The translations under genes were made by a program, and so were the position numbers. A stretch of 32,000 bases of DNA from Crocosphaera subtropica ATCC 51142. Lineage in GTDB: Bacteria; Cyanobacteriota; Cyanobacteriia; Cyanobacteriales; Microcystaceae. Where the stretch lies: contig NC_010546.1 in assembly GCF_000017845.1 (NCBI RefSeq), forward strand, positions 4,440,001 to 4,472,000. The letters are read 5' to 3'. This document shows positions 27,556-32,000 of the stretch, piece after piece. Every line of letters starts with the position of its first letter. The stretch's first letter is position 1. Under the pieces are notes generated by a model, which saw nothing but the letters and a program-made list of their open reading frames with translations, ran no database searches and was not told the DNA's origin.

Positions 27556-28335
27556 ATGAAAAGCACTAAAGTTATCCATTGGATTTTAGTTTGTTTACTG
27601 TTCAGTTTTTCAACGATTTCCGTTGTTTTAGGAGCAGAAAAAACAACTCATAGTTGGGGTTATGAGGGAGATAATAATCCTAGTCAATGGGGAAGACTAA
27701 GTGCTGAATATGAAACGTGTGCAATGGGATTATTTCAATCACCGATTCATTTAACTCCATCTAATTTAATTAGGCAAGATGGAAAAATTGAAACCCATTA
27801 TCAGCCAACTCCGTTAGTCATTAATAATAACGGTCATACGATTCAGATAAATTATGAACCAGGCAGTTATGCCATGATTAATGGCAAAAAATATGAATTA
27901 AAACAGTTTCATTTTCATACTCCTAGCGAACATAGTTTAAATGGTAAAAAAAGTGATATGGAACTCCATTTAGTTCATCAAAATGAGAAAGGAAACATTG
28001 CAGTGATTGGTGTTTTTATTGAGGCAGGAAAAGCTAACTCAACCGTAACAACTATTTGGAATCATTTATCAGAAACAGAAGGAATACAAGAAGTCAAAGA
28101 ACAGATAATCAATGCCAGTGATTTTATAGCTAACAATGCTAGTTATTTCCATTATCAAGGATCATTAACTACCCCTCCTTGTAGCGAGAATGTGATCTGG
28201 AATGTTATGCGAGAACCCTTAGAAGCATCAAGGCAGCAAATTGACCAATTTATGAAACTATACCCGATGAATGCTAGACCTATTCAAGAACATAACAATC
28301 GCTTAGTTGAATTAATTATTAATCAATCCAGTTAA
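27556..28335 (+). CDS. ecaA: Secreted alpha-class carbonic anhydrase.
   Basis: A signal peptide is present. SWGYEG..NPSQW is followed by the zinc-ligand histidines in QFHFHTPSEH and ELHLVH, then GSLTTPPCSE. Confidence 0.88.
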   Translation: MKSTKVIHWILVCLLFSFSTISVVLGAEKTTHSWGYEGDNNPSQWGRLSAEYETCAMGLFQSPIHLTPSNLIRQDGKIETHYQPTPLVINNNGHTIQINYEPGSYAMINGKKYELKQFHFHTPSEHSLNGKKSDMELHLVHQNEKGNIAVIGVFIEAGKANSTVTTIWNHLSETEGIQEVKEQIINASDFIANNASYFHYQGSLTTPPCSENVIWNVMREPLEASRQQIDQFMKLYPMNARPIQEHNNRLVELIINQSS

Positions 28336-28345
28336 TAAATAAAAT

Positions 28346-28490
28346 AAAAAAAAGGGCTATTTACTGTCAAAGACAATAAATAACCTCTTGCTGTTGTATG
28401 CACCCGCTTTTTGAATCCTGTACCTATTATGTTCGGTTTCTCTGTGACCTTCAATAGTCTCGATCACAATAAAAATGTGATTATTATCAA
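28346..28490 (-). ncRNA. Candidate small RNA gene, copy 1 of a 161-bp-period tandem pair.
   Basis: On the minus strand, a 14-bp hairpin (GGTTATTTATTGTC-TTT-GACAGTAAATAGCC, plus-strand 28354-28385) is followed by C and T8 (plus-strand A8 at 28346-28353). This is a canonical intrinsic terminator with no protein-coding gene feeding into it. There is no ORF. Nearly the whole unit is duplicated at 28504-28651. Confidence 0.45.
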
Positions 28491-28503
28491 AGTAAAAAAT
28501 AAC

Positions 28504-28651
28504 AAAAAAAAAAGAGGCGATTTACTGTTAAAAACAATAAATAACCTCTTGCTGTTGTATGCACCCGCTTTTTGAATCCTGTACCTATTATGTTCGGTTT
28601 CTCTGTTACCCTCAATAGACTTGATCACAGTGAAAATGTGATTATTATCAA
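28504..28651 (-). ncRNA. Candidate small RNA gene, copy 2.
   Basis: The architecture matches copy 1, ending in T10. The loop-closing pair changes from C-G in copy 1 to T-A here (GTCAAAGAC versus GTTAAAAAC on the plus strand). That is a compensatory change which preserves the stem. Confidence 0.45.
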
Positions 28652-28788
28652 CGTTTAGGTAAAATTCATTGTAAAATAAGCAGCGAAGGAACGGTTATGC
28701 CCTCAAGGGGGAACAGTATTCAGCTTGTGACCCCATAATCGTGCTACATTCCTTAATCGCAGTAATTAGTAAGCATTCGGAGAAAATT

Positions 28789-29301
28789 GTGGACTTATCA
28801 CTCATTCCTGCTCAACCTAAACCTGGTTTAATCAATGTTTTAATTGAAATTCCCGCAGGGAGCAAGAATAAATACGAATATGACAAGGATATGAACGCCT
28901 TTGCTCTTGATCGTGTCCTATATGCCTCGGTTAAATATCCTTATGACTATGGGTTCGTTCCCAATACCTTGGCCGATGATGGTGATCCCTTAGATGGGAT
29001 GGTGATCATGGATCAACCCACTTTCCCTGGCTGTGTCATTTCAGCCCGTCCCATTGGTATGTTAGAAATGATCGATGGTGGCGATCGCGATGAAAAAGTG
29101 TTGTGTGTCCCTGACAAAGATCCTCGCTATGCTGAAGTACATTCACTAAAAGACATTTCTCCTCACCGTTTAGAGGAAATTGCTGAGTTTTTCCGCACCT
29201 ACAAAAATCTTGAGAAAAAAAAGACAGACATTCTAGGGTGGAAAGATGTTGATGCTGTCACATCTTTAGTGGAAGAATGTGTAAAAGCAGGAAGTAAATA
29301 A
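28789..29301 (+). CDS. ppa: Inorganic pyrophosphatase.
   Basis: (M)[44 protein letters not shown]...DGDPLD matches cyanobacterial Ppa from its known N-terminus. GTG 28789 lies 5 nt after GGAGA. The tracked ORF from GTG 28741 adds 16 non-homologous residues. Confidence 0.9.
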   Translation: MDLSLIPAQPKPGLINVLIEIPAGSKNKYEYDKDMNAFALDRVLYASVKYPYDYGFVPNTLADDGDPLDGMVIMDQPTFPGCVISARPIGMLEMIDGGDRDEKVLCVPDKDPRYAEVHSLKDISPHRLEEIAEFFRTYKNLEKKKTDILGWKDVDAVTSLVEECVKAGSK

Positions 29302-29427
29302 TAATTGGGTGGGGATAATGGCTAATGTCGTTGTCCCCTGATGATACTTTTAACATGGCTTAATTGCTCTTCAGAAGAGAAAGGATTACCATCTAGATAT
29401 ACGTCTCTTATTTTTTGTTTGCTTACT

Positions 29428-29787
29428 ATGTTTGTCAAATCAACAACTCGTCATATTCGTATTTATGCAGCTGAAGTTCACAATAGTGAACTGGTAGAAA
29501 GTGATAATATGCTCACTTTAGATGTTGATCCTGATAATGAATTTAATTGGGATGAAGATGCTTTACAGAAAGTTTATCGTAAATTTGATGAGTTAGTAGA
29601 AGCTGCCAGTGGAGAAGAATTGAGCGATTATAATTTACGTCGTATTGGTTCAGATTTAGAACATTTTGTCCGCAATCTTCTTCAAAACGGTGAGATTAGT
29701 TACAATTTGAAAAGTCGTGTCCTTAATTACAGTATGGGACTGCCTAAAGTTGAAAGTCCAGAAACCGAAGGAGCTTATAATCTCTAA
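29428..29787 (+). CDS. ndhM: NAD(P)H-quinone oxidoreductase (NDH-1) subunit M.
   Basis: MFVKSTTRHIRIYAAEVHNSELVESDNMLTLDVDPDNEFNWDEDALQKVYRKFDELVE...GEISYNLKSRVLNYSMGLP matches cyanobacterial NdhM. ATG 29428 is preferred over the tracked 29341. Confidence 0.9.
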   Translation: MFVKSTTRHIRIYAAEVHNSELVESDNMLTLDVDPDNEFNWDEDALQKVYRKFDELVEAASGEELSDYNLRRIGSDLEHFVRNLLQNGEISYNLKSRVLNYSMGLPKVESPETEGAYNL

Positions 29788-29890
29788 GATTTCTGGGATA
29801 AATTAATAGGAATTTTAGATGTCTTCCAAAGAGTAAAGTTCAACTGTAGTCATTAGTGTCAAGTTAACGGTGAATCATCATTTTTTGATT

Positions 29891-30053
29891 GTCATTGCGA
29901 GGCGGATGAACTACTAATATAGCCTGATTTGTAGTCATTATCACTCCGAAGCAATCTCTACTTTTTCCCAAGGATGTTGTCTAGATTGCTTCGGAAGCAG
30001 AATTAAGTCTCAAACTAAGCTTCAGTAAAAGTTTTGCCTCTTCGCAATGACAG
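29891..30053. mobile_element. MITE/REP-like nested palindromic element, non-coding.
   Basis: Outer inverted repeats are TGTCATTGCGAGGC (29891-29904) and GCCTCTTCGCAATGACA (30037-30053). The inner inverted repeats share TCCGAAGCAATCT (within 29945-29962) and AGATTGCTTCGGA (within 29980-29998). Confidence 0.5.
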
Positions 30054-30144
30054 TTCTTGATCTTGACAATATCTGGCATCTCTAATCGAAGTTTTTAGAA
30101 CTGATATATGTACCTGGACAAAAATAAACGTTATTGTAGAGTAA

Positions 30145-30182
30145 GCAGGGGGAGCAGAGGAGGCAGGGGAGGCAGAGGGGAA
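30145..30182. repeat. G-rich STRR-like tandem repeat.
   Basis: GCAGGGGGAGCAGAGGAGGCAGGGGAGGCAGAGGGGA. The GGCAGG/GAGG motifs are related to those at 12881-12968. Confidence 0.6.
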
Positions 30183-30247
30183 AGGTCTTATTTACATTTC
30201 TTAGGACAGTTAATTATATTTATGTCCAACTACTTAAAATAAATTGA

Positions 30248-30457
30248 CGATTTTGTTATAATTATAGCCATCATTTAGGTGAAACTCGTTGGCAAGCTGA
30301 GGAATTAATTAATTTTATTAAAGACTGTGTGAAATCAGGCACAAAAGCGGTTTCTTTTGGCGGTGGTGAACCTTTAGAATATCCCGATTTATTCCGTTCT
30401 ATAACGCCCCAAGAAATGGCTAAGGTAGCAGGAAGAAAACCGTTTCAATATGAATAA
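30248..30457 (+). pseudogene. 5'- and 3'-truncated remnant of a radical SAM enzyme gene.
   Basis: The open frame has no start codon: RFCYNYSHHLGETRWQAEELINFIKDCVKSGTKAVSFGGGEPLEYPDLF, then unrelated residues and a stop. The GGGEPL SAM-binding motif is present. Only the last Cys of a CxxxCxxC cluster is retained. Confidence 0.45.
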
Positions 30458-30615
30458 TTGTGAAACGTAAAGATTATATTTTCAAATTTATTTGTACCCA
30501 GTAATCACGGGTCGCTAATTCGGCGTATTCCTCATAAACCATACATTATGGCATTTTGTAAAACGGGAAGTTCAGATATAGAATTGAAAAGAAAACAGAT
30601 GTTGAAGTGAGACTT

Positions 30616-31761
30616 ATGAATTTAACAGTTAATCTTTGGGATTGGGAAGGATTTTATTACATCGGCTCCAGTAACGATGATGTTATCAACGGTTCATTGT
30701 TTAGTGATACAATCGCTGGCAATGCCGGCAATGATTCTTTGATCGGTGGTTCAGGAGATGATAGGTTATATGGTGGAAATGATAACGACACATTGCAAGG
30801 AGGACGTGGCAATGACTATTTGGATGGTGGTTCAGGCTTAGACATTGTAAAAGAATTGGCAGATGTTGACTTTGAACTCAACAACAGTCGGTTAATTGGA
30901 TTGGGAACAGACGTAATTGTCTTAATTGAAGGCGCGCATTTAATTGGCGGAGAGAGCGACAATACTATTGATGCAGGGGGCTTTTCCCTTGGTTCAGTTA
31001 CTTTAGAAGGAGAGGGAGGAAATGATCGCCTTTATGGTGGACAACTGGATGATTTGCTCATCGGCGGTGAAGGAAATGACACTATGTCAGGCAATCCCGG
31101 ATCTGATCACTTGTTAGGAGAGAATGGCAATGATAGGTTATTAGGTCGTTCTGGTCAAGACACATTAGAAGGTGGAGATGGTAGCGACCACCTCTATGGT
31201 GGATCAGGCGATGATGGCTTGCTTGGAGGGTTTGGAGATGATTACCTTAATGGAGGATATGATAATGATACGTTAGTTGGTGGTTTTGGCTCTGACACCC
31301 TTCTGGGGAATTATGGAGATGATTTTCTTCATGGAGGAGGAAACAGTGACATTTTAGAAGGTCAAGATGGTAATGATACTTTACGAGGGGCTCAAAATTA
31401 CTGGGACAGTTTAGGGACAATAGATACTTTGACTGGAGGACAAGGGAGAGATATTTTTATTCTTGGCGTTGATGATGAAGTCTCTTTCGGCAATTTGTAT
31501 GATGACTATCTTTATCCTGGTCGGGCTTATAATGATTACGCTCTAATTACTGATTTTGAAATTTCTGTGGACAAAATACAGTTATTCAGTTCGCCAGGTG
31601 GTTATACTCTGGGCAGTTCTCCTGTTTCTGGCATTAGTGGAACAGGGATTTTTGTTGATCGAGGTATACATGGTGTTTACGATTCTAAGGATGAATTAAT
31701 AGCCATAGTCGAAAATGTTTCTGGGCTTAACTTAAGTAAAAGCGATTTTATTTATGTATAA
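30616..31761 (+). CDS. RTX (hemolysin-type calcium-binding repeat) protein.
   Basis: There are many GGxGxDxL/I nonapeptides (GGSGDDRLYGGNDNDTLQGGRGNDYLDGGSG...) followed by a non-repeat C-terminal domain. ATG 30616 is preferred over the tracked GTG 30607. Confidence 0.85.
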   Translation: MNLTVNLWDWEGFYYIGSSNDDVINGSLFSDTIAGNAGNDSLIGGSGDDRLYGGNDNDTLQGGRGNDYLDGGSGLDIVKELADVDFELNNSRLIGLGTDVIVLIEGAHLIGGESDNTIDAGGFSLGSVTLEGEGGNDRLYGGQLDDLLIGGEGNDTMSGNPGSDHLLGENGNDRLLGRSGQDTLEGGDGSDHLYGGSGDDGLLGGFGDDYLNGGYDNDTLVGGFGSDTLLGNYGDDFLHGGGNSDILEGQDGNDTLRGAQNYWDSLGTIDTLTGGQGRDIFILGVDDEVSFGNLYDDYLYPGRAYNDYALITDFEISVDKIQLFSSPGGYTLGSSPVSGISGTGIFVDRGIHGVYDSKDELIAIVENVSGLNLSKSDFIYV

Positions 31762-32000
31762 GGTAACCGTTCACTCCACCCAAGAAACAAGAGATGATTG
31801 GAGAAGTGGCTCAAAATCCTAGCAGGGTTGCGAAGTCTATAATTGAGCCTCTTTTCACATAGGGACATCCTTATCAATAATCGTAAAACTTAAAGATTAT
31901 ATTTTCAAGTCTATTACCCTTTTATGATAGAAATATTTTCGTAAATATCACTAATTTTGACATCAATATTAATGAAATTTAGCTTAATCATATCGTTGAT

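Noticed and set aside
28460-28482. The ATCACA-N7-TGTGAT palindrome as a CRP/SyCRP1 binding site.
   Set aside because: The CRP consensus is TGTGA-N6-TCACA. Here the half-sites are in the opposite order and the spacer is 7 nt. It is more simply an RNA/DNA hairpin of the repeated unit.
24976-29787. N-terminal extensions in the track for psaE (to 25227), ppa (from 28741) and ndhM (from 29341).
   Set aside because: The extensions have no counterpart in the well-conserved PsaE, Ppa and NdhM N-termini. Internal starts with Shine-Dalgarno-like sequences reproduce the canonical N-termini.
8316-30182. G-rich short tandem repeats (8316-8350, 12881-12968, 25935-25960, 30145-30182) as possible CRISPR arrays.
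   Set aside because: The units are 7-10 nt with no spacers of unique sequence. There are no 25-40-nt repeats at regular spacing and no cas genes. They fit cyanobacterial STRR-type heptamer repeats.

Overview
This is a cyanobacterial chromosome segment. The evidence is multiple HIP1 GCGATCGC octamers, STRR-like heptamer repeats, and psaE, ndhM and Tax/Pil-type chemotaxis genes. Recognisable core genes are a cry-DASH/photolyase N-terminal fragment, argJ, an MCP-CheA-CheW taxis cluster, tRNA-Gln(UUG), mutM, psaE, an aldo-keto reductase, an alpha-carbonic anhydrase, ppa, ndhM and an RTX-repeat protein. Two accessory clusters look, by eye, more AT-rich and HIP1-poor than the core. Neither contains an integrase or transposase. 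(1) 847-8258 (+) is a tightly packed three-gene module: an HTH/Zn-ribbon/PD-(D/E)xK nuclease, a DinG/XPD-like helicase, and a 964-aa protein with a PIWI-like C-terminus. This matches the computationally predicted pPIWI-RE three-gene island, which to my knowledge lacks an experimentally resolved mechanism. (2) 16755-23913 (-) lies next to tRNA-Gln. It encodes a short NACHT-like P-loop NTPase, a 1072-aa SNF2 helicase, an Hsp70/actin-fold ATPase that starts 3 nt after the SNF2 stop, and a 2-TM coiled-coil protein. I cannot match this gene combination to any named defence system, so it is my best candidate for an undescribed conflict/defence system. Smaller items: a tandem pair of about 145-nt units with a minus-strand terminator and one compensatory base-pair change (candidate sRNA genes); a probable ATT start codon and decamer iterons at the pPIWI-RE promoter; nested palindromic MITE-like elements; and a radical-SAM gene remnant. 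All calls rest on reading the sequence and recalled family motifs. No searches were run.
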